This document shows, one piece after another, positions 10,024-19,017 of a stretch of 64,000 nucleotides of DNA; within the stretch, counting starts at the first letter, position 1; each line of letters starts with the position of its first letter. The stretch is from positions 146,587 through 210,586 of the IMG/VR virus record IMGVR_UViG_3300042350_004191; one strand, 5' to 3'. Under the pieces are notes generated by a model that ran no database searches, had not been told where the DNA came from, and worked only from the letters and a program-made list of their open reading frames with translations. The translations under genes were made by a program, and so were the position numbers.

Positions 10024-10842
10024 ATGCCTGTCAAAAAATCCAAAGAAGACATTCTTTATACTGAAAAGAACGTTTCGAAAAACACACCACATCTTATACA
10101 AATAGGATGTGGTGATGTTCATATACCAATTTCTGTTTTAAGAAAAGACGGTTCTACTAATTTTTCACAGGCTATTGTTAATGTGATGGTAGATTTGAAT
10201 CCATCAGTAAATGGATCTAATATTTCAAAAATTTTAAAGATCCTTAATAAGGACGATCATTATACATTCGAAACATTAATTGATTCTTTATTAAGAAACA
10301 TCGATGAATTTAAAATTTATGATAAACAAATCAAAATCAATCTTGATTTTATGTATTTCTTAAGAAAGAAAGCATTAGTTTCTAAAAAAGAGTCTTGGGT
10401 TGGATTTAAAACTACATTCACAGTCCAAAAAATAGAGGAAAACATCAATTATTTTCTTAAAGTATACGTTCCATATGCATCTGTGTGTCCTACATCTAAA
10501 GAAATATCTGATTATGGAGCACACAATCAAAGATCATTAGCTGAAATTGAAGTTCAATTAACTAACTTGGATGATAAAAAAGAATTTTGGGTCGAGGATA
10601 TTGTATATTTGATAGATCATTGTGTATCTTGTCCTGTTTTTAATGTCATTGAACTTGAGGATGAAGCGTTCCAAACAGAGATGATGTATGAAAACCCAAT
10701 GTTTGTCGAGGAAGTTGCAACAAAAATAGCAAAAAGCCTAGATAAACACAAAGACAAACACATTAAAAGCTATAATTTTGTCTTAAATCATTATGAAAGC
10801 ATAAATGATTATACGGTAAAGGCTATTTTACAAAACAATTAA
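10024..10842 (+). CDS. folE2: GTP cyclohydrolase IB-like protein (divergent)
   Basis: CPTSKEISDYGAHNQRS, YENPMFVEE, YESI motifs; several canonical residues substituted (see findings); start taken as MPVKK after the gp32 stop. Confidence 0.85.
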   Translation: MPVKKSKEDILYTEKNVSKNTPHLIQIGCGDVHIPISVLRKDGSTNFSQAIVNVMVDLNPSVNGSNISKILKILNKDDHYTFETLIDSLLRNIDEFKIYDKQIKINLDFMYFLRKKALVSKKESWVGFKTTFTVQKIEENINYFLKVYVPYASVCPTSKEISDYGAHNQRSLAEIEVQLTNLDDKKEFWVEDIVYLIDHCVSCPVFNVIELEDEAFQTEMMYENPMFVEEVATKIAKSLDKHKDKHIKSYNFVLNHYESINDYTVKAILQNN

Positions 10843-10846
10843 CAAT

Positions 10847-11230
10847 ATGAATACAGAAACAAACGATTTAGCTATGTTAGCAGGTATGGTGAAGGGTAAT
10901 ATGAGAAAAATAGACTCTTTAATGGCCGATAGACCTGATCGACCAGCAGACAATATTGATATTAGAAACTTTATCAATGAACCTAGAGTCGAAACATTAC
11001 CGACAATCACAACAAATTTACCGCAACAACAGGTTTATGTAGAACAATCTGCTATTCACACACCACAACCACAAATATCACAAATTACACACCATAATGA
11101 TGACCAAATTAAGCAAGATATTGAATCTATTAAGTTGACTTTGGAGAAGATTAATGTTAATCTTACAAAACTCACAGGAATGTTTGGAAAAGTGTTTCAG
11201 AGTTTAACCAAGGGCAATAAAAATGGATAA
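10847..11230 (+). CDS. Hypothetical protein with C-terminal coiled coil
   Basis: 127-aa ORF in operon, Q/P-rich linker then heptad repeat. Confidence 0.65.
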   Translation: MNTETNDLAMLAGMVKGNMRKIDSLMADRPDRPADNIDIRNFINEPRVETLPTITTNLPQQQVYVEQSAIHTPQPQISQITHHNDDQIKQDIESIKLTLEKINVNLTKLTGMFGKVFQSLTKGNKNG

Positions 11231-11969
11231 AATATGTTTTGAAAAGGATTTTTTAGTTAAAATACTTAAAACAATCAATAGATTGTGTGATAGTTGTGTT
11301 CTTAAAATAGAGAACAATCGAATATATTCAGTTACATCATCAAGTGACAATGTAATTGTACTGTATATTAATGGTGAATTAGTAGAAAATACTAATTTTA
11401 CTGGTAAAATCAATATCATTGATATTAAAAGATTTTTGTGTGGCTTGGATTGTTTAGATAGTCAAAAAATTGAAATACAATTTAATGATAACTATATTAA
11501 ATGTGTAACAAAAGATAGTAATGATCCAACTCATGTAAAATATCATCTTGTTGATGATAGTGTAATGAGCAAATCTACTTTTAATATTAAGAAAATAACA
11601 CAACTAACGTTTGATACAGAATTTTCTATACCTTTAAGTGTCCAGAAAAAAATTATAACAGCTTACTCTTTCTCTGCTGACTGTCAGAAGGTTTATTTAA
11701 AGGAAAGTGAAGGTAGTATTTACGCAGAAATTAATGATCTAACTCAACACAATAAAGATAGTGTAGAGTTAAAAATTACAGATGAATACAAAGGAGATTT
11801 AATAAAGCAACCAATTCCTATAAACATTGAAATATTCAAAAATTTGATGTACACAAAAAATAGCAATATACAAGTAAAAATAAATAACGAATATAAAGTA
11901 TTAATTTTTAATGTAAAAGAAGATGATACAATAGACGTAAAATATATCATATCAGCACTTGTTAAATAA
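11223..11969 (+). CDS. gp45: Sliding clamp (gp45/PCNA-like)
   Basis: 248 aa with two-fold alpha/beta clamp-like pattern (ILKTINRL..., ending YIISALVK); replication context. Confidence 0.7.
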   Translation: MDKICFEKDFLVKILKTINRLCDSCVLKIENNRIYSVTSSSDNVIVLYINGELVENTNFTGKINIIDIKRFLCGLDCLDSQKIEIQFNDNYIKCVTKDSNDPTHVKYHLVDDSVMSKSTFNIKKITQLTFDTEFSIPLSVQKKIITAYSFSADCQKVYLKESEGSIYAEINDLTQHNKDSVELKITDEYKGDLIKQPIPINIEIFKNLMYTKNSNIQVKINNEYKVLIFNVKEDDTIDVKYIISALVK

Positions 11970-11990
11970 AAAAATTTAATAATTAATATT

Positions 11991-12314
11991 ATGGCTAAAA
12001 CAAAAATTACTACAGTTAGTTATTTCTTAAAAAGACTGAGAGATAGTGGATATGTTGCTGATAAACTTTATACTAAATACAGTGATGTTGATCCTAGAAG
12101 CTGGACTATAATAGTAGATCCAGAAAATACATCAATTTTTATAACTTGTTTTAACAATAAAAATTTTTTTGGTGAAGAATTTTTTGAAATTTATGATGGT
12201 GGACAATACATACCTGAAAACTTTAGAATAAAGACTTCTTCAATTGAAGTTATTGTAGAATATTTAGTAAAGTTTAACATAAATAATAAGGCACACACTT
12301 ATAAAGGAAAATAA
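11991..12314 (+). CDS. Hypothetical protein
   Basis: 107-aa ORF in operon. Confidence 0.65.
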   Translation: MAKTKITTVSYFLKRLRDSGYVADKLYTKYSDVDPRSWTIIVDPENTSIFITCFNNKNFFGEEFFEIYDGGQYIPENFRIKTSSIEVIVEYLVKFNINNKAHTYKGK

Positions 12315-12315
12315 G

Positions 12316-12699
12316 ATGTCAACAAACAAAAAATCAAAAAAGAAAGTTGTTTTAGATGCAACTACGGGTATTAATAGTTTGTCTGCCTCAAATCAAGTTC
12401 AAATAACTGAAGATTTAGAACAAAAATTATTTGATACTTTAAATGCAGCAGAATTAAAAAAAAGCATGGATAAGTGGCTTCGTACCGCTGAAGGAAAAAA
12501 TGCAACAATTTTTAGAGATTTATCTATTTTAAAAAGCATTAACGAAGAATATTTAAATAGTTTTATTACTTTAGGTTATACAATGGATGGTGAACGTGTA
12601 ATTCTTCAAAGTTATTCATGTCCAAAAGATAAGGATGCTTTAATGGAATTCTTAAAAGTCATTTTTATTCAAAATCATCAACATTCTTCTGAGGATTAA
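12316..12699 (+). CDS. Hypothetical protein
   Basis: 127-aa ORF in operon. Confidence 0.6.
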   Translation: MSTNKKSKKKVVLDATTGINSLSASNQVQITEDLEQKLFDTLNAAELKKSMDKWLRTAEGKNATIFRDLSILKSINEEYLNSFITLGYTMDGERVILQSYSCPKDKDALMEFLKVIFIQNHQHSSED

Positions 12700-12706
12700 T
12701 TCGATT

Positions 12707-13504
12707 ATGGATTTTATTAGAAACCCAAGCAATCCAGATATATGTGAATTGCCTAAAGTCTTACCTGATTTTTCTAAGTTTCCAGGTATTACCTCAAATT
12801 TAAATAACTTAAGCGCAAGTATAGAACCTTGGCTTTGCGAAATATTAAAGATTGCAGGAGATGAAAGTAAAGACCCTGTATTAAGACCGGGTAATGAACC
12901 GGATTACAGTCCGTTCTTTGATTCATTAACTGGAATGAAGGGAGTTGGAGATCCTAGAGTTGATTTAGGATTTGTCATGACAAAAACTTTGGAAAAATAT
13001 TTGCCACTATTAGATGTTAAATTGAAAGTTCTCCAAGAGGGTTGTCAAATTATAGAAGAAACCTTGTGCGATAGTGACGGAAAACCTGTATATAAATTAA
13101 AGAGTGACTGTGATTATGGCGAGGAAATAACATTTGATAGCGTTGCACAGTTTACTCAAAATATTTGGGAAGAAGAAACAACTAAAGCAGCCAATTCTTT
13201 TGCTGATTTTATTAAAAGAACATATGTAGACAAAAACTGGAGCGTAGAGCTTTATGCTATGGGTGATGGTAATCTACTAAAAATTGCTAGAGGACAAAGT
13301 ATACCGATCTTTTATGTGAGAGCATCATCAGGTAATCAGATAAAGTTTCACAAATATTATTTTGATGCTAGAGAAAAAGTATCTAAAGCTCTCAATATTA
13401 AATTGAATATAAAAGATTATAATTTGTTTAACAACGTTAACAATTTTCAAGAAAATACACAATTAATGCAAGTTTTAAGTGGCCCTTATTGGCCTGAGAA
13501 CTAA
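12707..13504 (+). CDS. Hypothetical protein
   Basis: 265-aa ORF converging on the baseplate module. Confidence 0.65.
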   Translation: MDFIRNPSNPDICELPKVLPDFSKFPGITSNLNNLSASIEPWLCEILKIAGDESKDPVLRPGNEPDYSPFFDSLTGMKGVGDPRVDLGFVMTKTLEKYLPLLDVKLKVLQEGCQIIEETLCDSDGKPVYKLKSDCDYGEEITFDSVAQFTQNIWEEETTKAANSFADFIKRTYVDKNWSVELYAMGDGNLLKIARGQSIPIFYVRASSGNQIKFHKYYFDAREKVSKALNIKLNIKDYNLFNNVNNFQENTQLMQVLSGPYWPEN

Positions 13505-16500
13505 CATTTTGTATCATCGACTATAATATCAATATTACCATCTGGTAAGCGTTTAAATCTGATATTGCTGCTTTGTAAACGTGTATTTGTAAAACCGGGT
13601 ACTTTATCTCCGATTCCGAAGGAATTCATTTTGTTATAATTGAAACGGCGACCACCAGAACCACCACCCCAACCACCAAATCCACCGCAACCAGCCAATG
13701 TTTTAGGACCACCATCAGGCCCCTGACCATTGCTTCTTGCTTTGGTTGGAATAGGTCCCGGTTCTACCGCAGAATTCCTTACACCCTGAACATCATCATA
13801 ATAATTCCCCTTTGGTTGAGTGTAATCATGATGGTGAGGTTTTGGATCTTCTAATTGATTATGATGCCAGTTCCAGATCCAGCCCCAAGAAACACCCGGT
13901 CCTGCTGCATTACAACAAAAACCCAAATACAATCCAGTAGGCACTGGTTCAATTACTGTATTGATATAAATTGTATTATAAATTTGCATAACAGCTTTAA
14001 CAATGTTTGTGAGGTTTAGCATAGCACCCGGCATTGCATAGTGTGTTAAAGCTGTCCTTACAGTATTTAAAATATCATTAGTCTGTGCAGGGCCAGTTGC
14101 CCAAGTTGTAAAAGGTATTCTTTGATCTGGTGAACTTCCTTGGTCTGATTGGGTTCGTTGTCCAACTGTATTTAAAAACGGCACAGACAACTCTCCATCC
14201 AATCTCATCCCACCAACAACACCTACGTTTCCGGTTGCACTAAATCCTTTGCAAACCATAGTGGGTGAATTTATTTCCACACCACCTTTATTAGTCCTAT
14301 CATTTGCGTCTATGGTAACTACTCTACCTTTTAAAGTAGTATGATTTTTTGATCCGAAAACCATTTCACCGTCTGAAGCTAAAAGTTCAACAGAACCACA
14401 ATTTAATTTTAATCTTCCTTTAGTATTTAATTCTATGCCAGCAGCACCAGCAACTATTTGTACAGAATTTCCGCCACGCAACATAAGATTACCGGGTAAA
14501 TTGATCGGTGGGGTATAAACAACGTTTTTTATTTCAGCAGATTTATGCCTTTGTGCAATGGTTTGTCCATCATTTGATTTTGTTTGTGTACCAACAGAAA
14601 CTGACTTATTAACAGTTTCTGCATAACATGGCGCATCGTTCATTCCTCCGGGTAATCCAGCAGAAATCACAACATCTTTTGATGCTGTAACTGTAAAACT
14701 TCCACCATTTCCTAACTGTTGTTCTGCATCAGCAATTTCTTTTTGTTTACTTGATAACTTTTTAGCCGCTTCTTTATTTGCATTTTCTATGGGTTTTTGT
14801 GGTGAAGGTATTTCGCCTTTATCACAATCAGGATTACCACATTTACCTAAGACATGCCCCGGTACAACCGAAGTAAATGGAACTAATATTAATCCCAATA
14901 AAAATTGGAAAACGTCTATAGCATACGAAAAATAAGGTGGTAATAAATTTCTTAAAAAGTTAAATGCTCTTTTTGCAAAACTTGATGCTCTGTCCACAGC
15001 ATATGATGTGGAACATAAAGGACACGGAACTTTTTCTCCGCTTTTTGCTGTATTTTTTATCTGTTCTACTTTTTCTTTTTGAACAGTTTCGGTTATAGTT
15101 TTTAATTTTTCTATAGCAGCTATTTCTTTATCCGTCATTCTACCAGCATTTATAAAAATATCTGACTCAACATCTGTATGAGATGTTGTGCCTATTCTTG
15201 CATTATAAGAGCCTCCTAATGATGTAAAAGCATCTGCTCTAGATTGAATATTTAAAGTATCTTGAGCTACCAATGACGTACCAGCACCATGAACCATTAA
15301 ACCAGATCCTCTAGCCAACACTTCAAAAGAACTTGTATCTGTTATTAAATTTCCATCTTTTAATTTTGTATCGGTCATTGACATTTTAACTGGGCCTGAT
15401 GCAAAAACGTTACCAACTCTAGCTGAATCTACATCAAGACCAATAACCGAATCAGAACCTGTTTGTATCATTTTTTTCATTGTTTCGGGTTCCAATGAAT
15501 TTGCAAAATATATAGGTTTTTGAATGTCACCAGCTAAAAAGAATACAAATACTTTTGCACCAGGAAATGGTATCGATATCATTCCTGATGCTTGATCACC
15601 AGCAAGACCAGGATCCGTTATCGGAGCATGAAAATTCGGGTTTGGAGAAGTTTGTGATCCTCCTCTAGCAGCAGCATAACCTGTTTTACCCTCTAATACA
15701 TCACCCTTCCCTGCTGCTATTAAATCTTCAGCGGCAGATGCACCGGGTGGCACAGTACCATATTTTGCAAGCTGTGCTTTGACATCTTCAGCACTTTTAC
15801 CTATCGTAGATTCTCTCCCTAAAACTTCAAAATTTACATTACTTACAGTATTATTAACGTTATACGTACTTCGATCAACATACATGTCTATTGTAGATCC
15901 TTGATTTGAATTTCCGTGTACGTCTGAAACTATATATACATAATTTGTTCTAGTATCTCGAATCACAGTTCCTACTGGTAAAAATTTATTATTTTGTGGA
16001 ACTGCAATGATGCCTGGTGTTAGATTTTGTCCTTGAGAAGAATATCCTTTAGAAGTCCAAGAATCTGTTGTTTCATCGCCTACTGTTGTATATTGAAATA
16101 CTTTGTCAGCAACAAAACTTCCTTGAACTTCTGGAGATTCTGTTGTTGTTGCGTCTTTTACTTCCAGACTTCCTTCGGTTGCTGTACTATGTGGATTTAC
16201 TGTTGTTCCAGCAACACTTTCGGATGGTTGCGTTATATCACCTCCATAATTCGGATCGAATTTGCCGTGTAAAATCTCAAATCGTCTACCATCGGGTAAT
16301 TCAAATGTAGCTCTATCTCCTACTTCTCCATTTTTAAATGTCATAGAAGAATTGTCTACCCATCTAGCTCCATTACTAAGAGTTAATGCTGCCTGTCTAT
16401 TACCAAAAGCAAAATCCCATCCACTGTGAGTACGTGTTCCCCCGTCCCTAGATGCATAAAAAGTTCCACCTGATGTAGTGGTTCCAGATGAAAGAGGGCT

Positions 16501-16962
16501 ACCATCTACTTGTACATATTGGTCTAAATCAGTTCTTTCAAAAAATCCTCTACCAACTTGTTTAATATCATAATGGCCTATTTTATTACGGGGTGATCCT
16601 ATTTTTCCTTGTATATAAGCACCTTTTTGTGGATCTGTTACAGGAAAAGTTCTACCAGCATATGTGTCAGTTATACCTGTATTTGGATTATATGTCGCAG
16701 AAGTACCTCCACCAAATATAGGACTAGCACATTCAGCCCAAGGTAAAACAGTTTTTAATTCTTCTACTAATTCAGGAGTTAATGAACCAGAATCATGAAT
16801 ATGTTTGAAATTTTTGTTACTTAAATCTTTATTCCAACCAGCATGTAAAGTATTTGTTAAATAAGGAATCCATATTTGTACACGGCCTCTGAATTCTGGA
16901 TCTTTATTATTAACAACAATTCCTAAATGATTACCATAAATTGGTTCTTTTGAGAGACTCAT
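13501..16962 (-). CDS. gp5: Baseplate central spike (gp5/VgrG-like) with inserted M23-peptidase-like and 3D-like domains
   Basis: OB-fold halves GIVVNNKDPEFRGRVQIWIP...LPWAE and IPFPGAKVFVFFLAGDIQKPIY; RTHSGWD (HxxxD); GIIAVP...VGT...SDVHG...TIDMYV; C-terminal beta-helix-like repeats. Confidence 0.85.
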   Translation of the reverse strand: MSLSKEPIYGNHLGIVVNNKDPEFRGRVQIWIPYLTNTLHAGWNKDLSNKNFKHIHDSGSLTPELVEELKTVLPWAECASPIFGGGTSATYNPNTGITDTYAGRTFPVTDPQKGAYIQGKIGSPRNKIGHYDIKQVGRGFFERTDLDQYVQVDGSPLSSGTTTSGGTFYASRDGGTRTHSGWDFAFGNRQAALTLSNGARWVDNSSMTFKNGEVGDRATFELPDGRRFEILHGKFDPNYGGDITQPSESVAGTTVNPHSTATEGSLEVKDATTTESPEVQGSFVADKVFQYTTVGDETTDSWTSKGYSSQGQNLTPGIIAVPQNNKFLPVGTVIRDTRTNYVYIVSDVHGNSNQGSTIDMYVDRSTYNVNNTVSNVNFEVLGRESTIGKSAEDVKAQLAKYGTVPPGASAAEDLIAAGKGDVLEGKTGYAAARGGSQTSPNPNFHAPITDPGLAGDQASGMISIPFPGAKVFVFFLAGDIQKPIYFANSLEPETMKKMIQTGSDSVIGLDVDSARVGNVFASGPVKMSMTDTKLKDGNLITDTSSFEVLARGSGLMVHGAGTSLVAQDTLNIQSRADAFTSLGGSYNARIGTTSHTDVESDIFINAGRMTDKEIAAIEKLKTITETVQKEKVEQIKNTAKSGEKVPCPLCSTSYAVDRASSFAKRAFNFLRNLLPPYFSYAIDVFQFLLGLILVPFTSVVPGHVLGKCGNPDCDKGEIPSPQKPIENANKEAAKKLSSKQKEIADAEQQLGNGGSFTVTASKDVVISAGLPGGMNDAPCYAETVNKSVSVGTQTKSNDGQTIAQRHKSAEIKNVVYTPPINLPGNLMLRGGNSVQIVAGAAGIELNTKGRLKLNCGSVELLASDGEMVFGSKNHTTLKGRVVTIDANDRTNKGGVEINSPTMVCKGFSATGNVGVVGGMRLDGELSVPFLNTVGQRTQSDQGSSPDQRIPFTTWATGPAQTNDILNTVRTALTHYAMPGAMLNLTNIVKAVMQIYNTIYINTVIEPVPTGLYLGFCCNAAGPGVSWGWIWNWHHNQLEDPKPHHHDYTQPKGNYYDDVQGVRNSAVEPGPIPTKARSNGQGPDGGPKTLAGCGGFGGWGGGSGGRRFNYNKMNSFGIGDKVPGFTNTRLQSSNIRFKRLPDGNIDIIVDDTKC

Positions 16963-16966
16963 AATA

Positions 16967-18673
16967 TTATGTTCCAGTTGTATTGGAATCTAATCCAAAA
17001 TTATTTGTAGGTGTACCAAAATCACTCGGAGAACCAGCTAATGTTTTTGCGACATTATAAACACCTTCATTTATATAATTTTTACCTTTAACTAAATCTC
17101 TACCCATATTATCCAACGATCTTTGAACATTACCTCTAAATTCTGTTAAAAATTCTGGCATTACTACATTTCTGGAGGGGGAATTTGGGTCGAATAATTG
17201 TACTTGTCCAGTTATTCCATATTTTCTAAATACCGCTGCTAAAGGATATAAAACAGGTGCTTGTGAACCAAACTGGTTTAAAAGACCGCCCATAACATCG
17301 CCTTTTAGATAATAAGCCATGTATGTATATCCATACTCCGATAAAACAGAACCCAAATAACCTAAAGGATCATTTCCTACACTGTTAACAATATTCATTA
17401 TATTTTGTACTTCTTCAGGCAAGTAAGATGTCAAACTTCCGACTGGATCTGATAAAAATTCAGTTATTTCTGGGGCAATACCAAATTCTTCCAAAATGTC
17501 TGATATTTTAAGAGAACTTGAAAACCATTGCGTAAACATAGTTAAATCTCCAGCGAAAATAGATATAATATCCAAAATGAAACATATAATTTCCAAAGGT
17601 ATAATTCTATCCAGTAAAGTTAATAACCATTGCATAATAACACCAGCAATTGAATCTAGTGCAGCAACAAATTCTTTCACTAATTTTAATGCTCCTTGAT
17701 AAATTTCATTTATCATTTGAGCTATGTATGCCACCACTCCTGTTATATAGTTAATAGCATATTGAATAGAACCTAATACACCAGCAGGAAGTGCTAAATA
17801 TGCTTTTCCTTTTAAAACATTTATATATTTTTCTAATTCTTCTGTAAATTTTGGATGAATTTTATTTAATGCTTGTTCTAGTAAAGACGGAACTTGTTTT
17901 TCAGAACCAGTCATTGGATTGTTAGGTAAATTATCAGTACTAGAAACAAGAGTGTTTCCTATTGCTCCTATGTCTTCGAAAAATTTATTTTTATATGCTG
18001 GTGTTTTTTTAAAAATAGCTTGTAAGGTTGGATTATAATATCCTTTAGTGATAGCATTACCTCTATACCACATGTACATTAACATGTTACCTTCTATTGA
18101 TACTGGCTGATCTTTTAAATTTCGATTTACACTACTTTGAATTGTTTTACCCGCTGCTGCTGCACCATTTAACAAAAGATAAACCCATGCTGACAATAAA
18201 TTATAATTCGTACCAGTTAATGATGATGCTAATACACAAAGATCGTTTAATGTCAATCCCGCCGCTCTACCTACAGTATCATAATCTATAGATATTATTT
18301 CTCCCGTAGTACCTGTTTTGGTTTCAAATTGTGTTCTTGTTCCTTGATTTAAAGATTTAGCAGTTTCGGGTGTAACTCCCCTAGGAGCATCTGGATCTTC
18401 AGGACCCGGCGCAGACCCCACTGCCAATCTACCACCACCAGATACTGCATCAAAGTCATCTTGTGAGATCAATTCATTAGACCAGTCCATAGGAGATTCA
18501 AAACCACCGCTTGAACTAGATCCTGATGTATCTACAGTAGGCCCTGTTGAGGCCGAAGTTTGGGTTATTCCACGACCATATTGTGATCGATCCCCTGATG
18601 TAACAATAGGACCTCCTTGCGAAGTTACATCTTCAGCAGTAGTTGGTAATGGAATTATTTTATTATCGCCCAT
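16967..18673 (-). CDS. Putative virion structural protein with hydrophobic helical C-terminal half
   Basis: 568 aa inside the tail module, TATAAATA late-promoter box at 18681-18688. Confidence 0.6.
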   Translation of the reverse strand: MGDNKIIPLPTTAEDVTSQGGPIVTSGDRSQYGRGITQTSASTGPTVDTSGSSSSGGFESPMDWSNELISQDDFDAVSGGGRLAVGSAPGPEDPDAPRGVTPETAKSLNQGTRTQFETKTGTTGEIISIDYDTVGRAAGLTLNDLCVLASSLTGTNYNLLSAWVYLLLNGAAAAGKTIQSSVNRNLKDQPVSIEGNMLMYMWYRGNAITKGYYNPTLQAIFKKTPAYKNKFFEDIGAIGNTLVSSTDNLPNNPMTGSEKQVPSLLEQALNKIHPKFTEELEKYINVLKGKAYLALPAGVLGSIQYAINYITGVVAYIAQMINEIYQGALKLVKEFVAALDSIAGVIMQWLLTLLDRIIPLEIICFILDIISIFAGDLTMFTQWFSSSLKISDILEEFGIAPEITEFLSDPVGSLTSYLPEEVQNIMNIVNSVGNDPLGYLGSVLSEYGYTYMAYYLKGDVMGGLLNQFGSQAPVLYPLAAVFRKYGITGQVQLFDPNSPSRNVVMPEFLTEFRGNVQRSLDNMGRDLVKGKNYINEGVYNVAKTLAGSPSDFGTPTNNFGLDSNTTGT

Positions 18674-18702
18674 TTAAGAATATTTATAATATAAAAATGG
18701 GA

Positions 18703-19014
18703 TTACCACTTACCAACAGGACACTTTTCAGCTTTCAAATAAGTTTTAACAGACAAATAACAACCACATTTTTGACATCTTTGTGCTTCAGCAGAAAAAA
18801 ATTCACAACCTTGACAAATTGATAATCTTCTATTAGCCTCTGCTGGATCTATTCTTAAAGCATTTCCTTGAGCAACGCTTGCTGCATTTCTAACAACGCT
18901 TTGAGCAGCATTAGCAGCCATTCTACCTAAAGAAGGCATCTGTGGCTTATTGGAAGACTGTAATTGTCTTAATCTCGTCTGTTCTAATCTTTGTTTTAAA
19001 TAATCAGGATTCAT
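18703..19014 (-). CDS. Small Cys-rich zinc-binding protein
   Basis: CQGC...CQKCGC...CPVGKW. Confidence 0.7.
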   Translation of the reverse strand: MNPDYLKQRLEQTRLRQLQSSNKPQMPSLGRMAANAAQSVVRNAASVAQGNALRIDPAEANRRLSICQGCEFFSAEAQRCQKCGCYLSVKTYLKAEKCPVGKW

Positions 19015-19017
19015 AAA

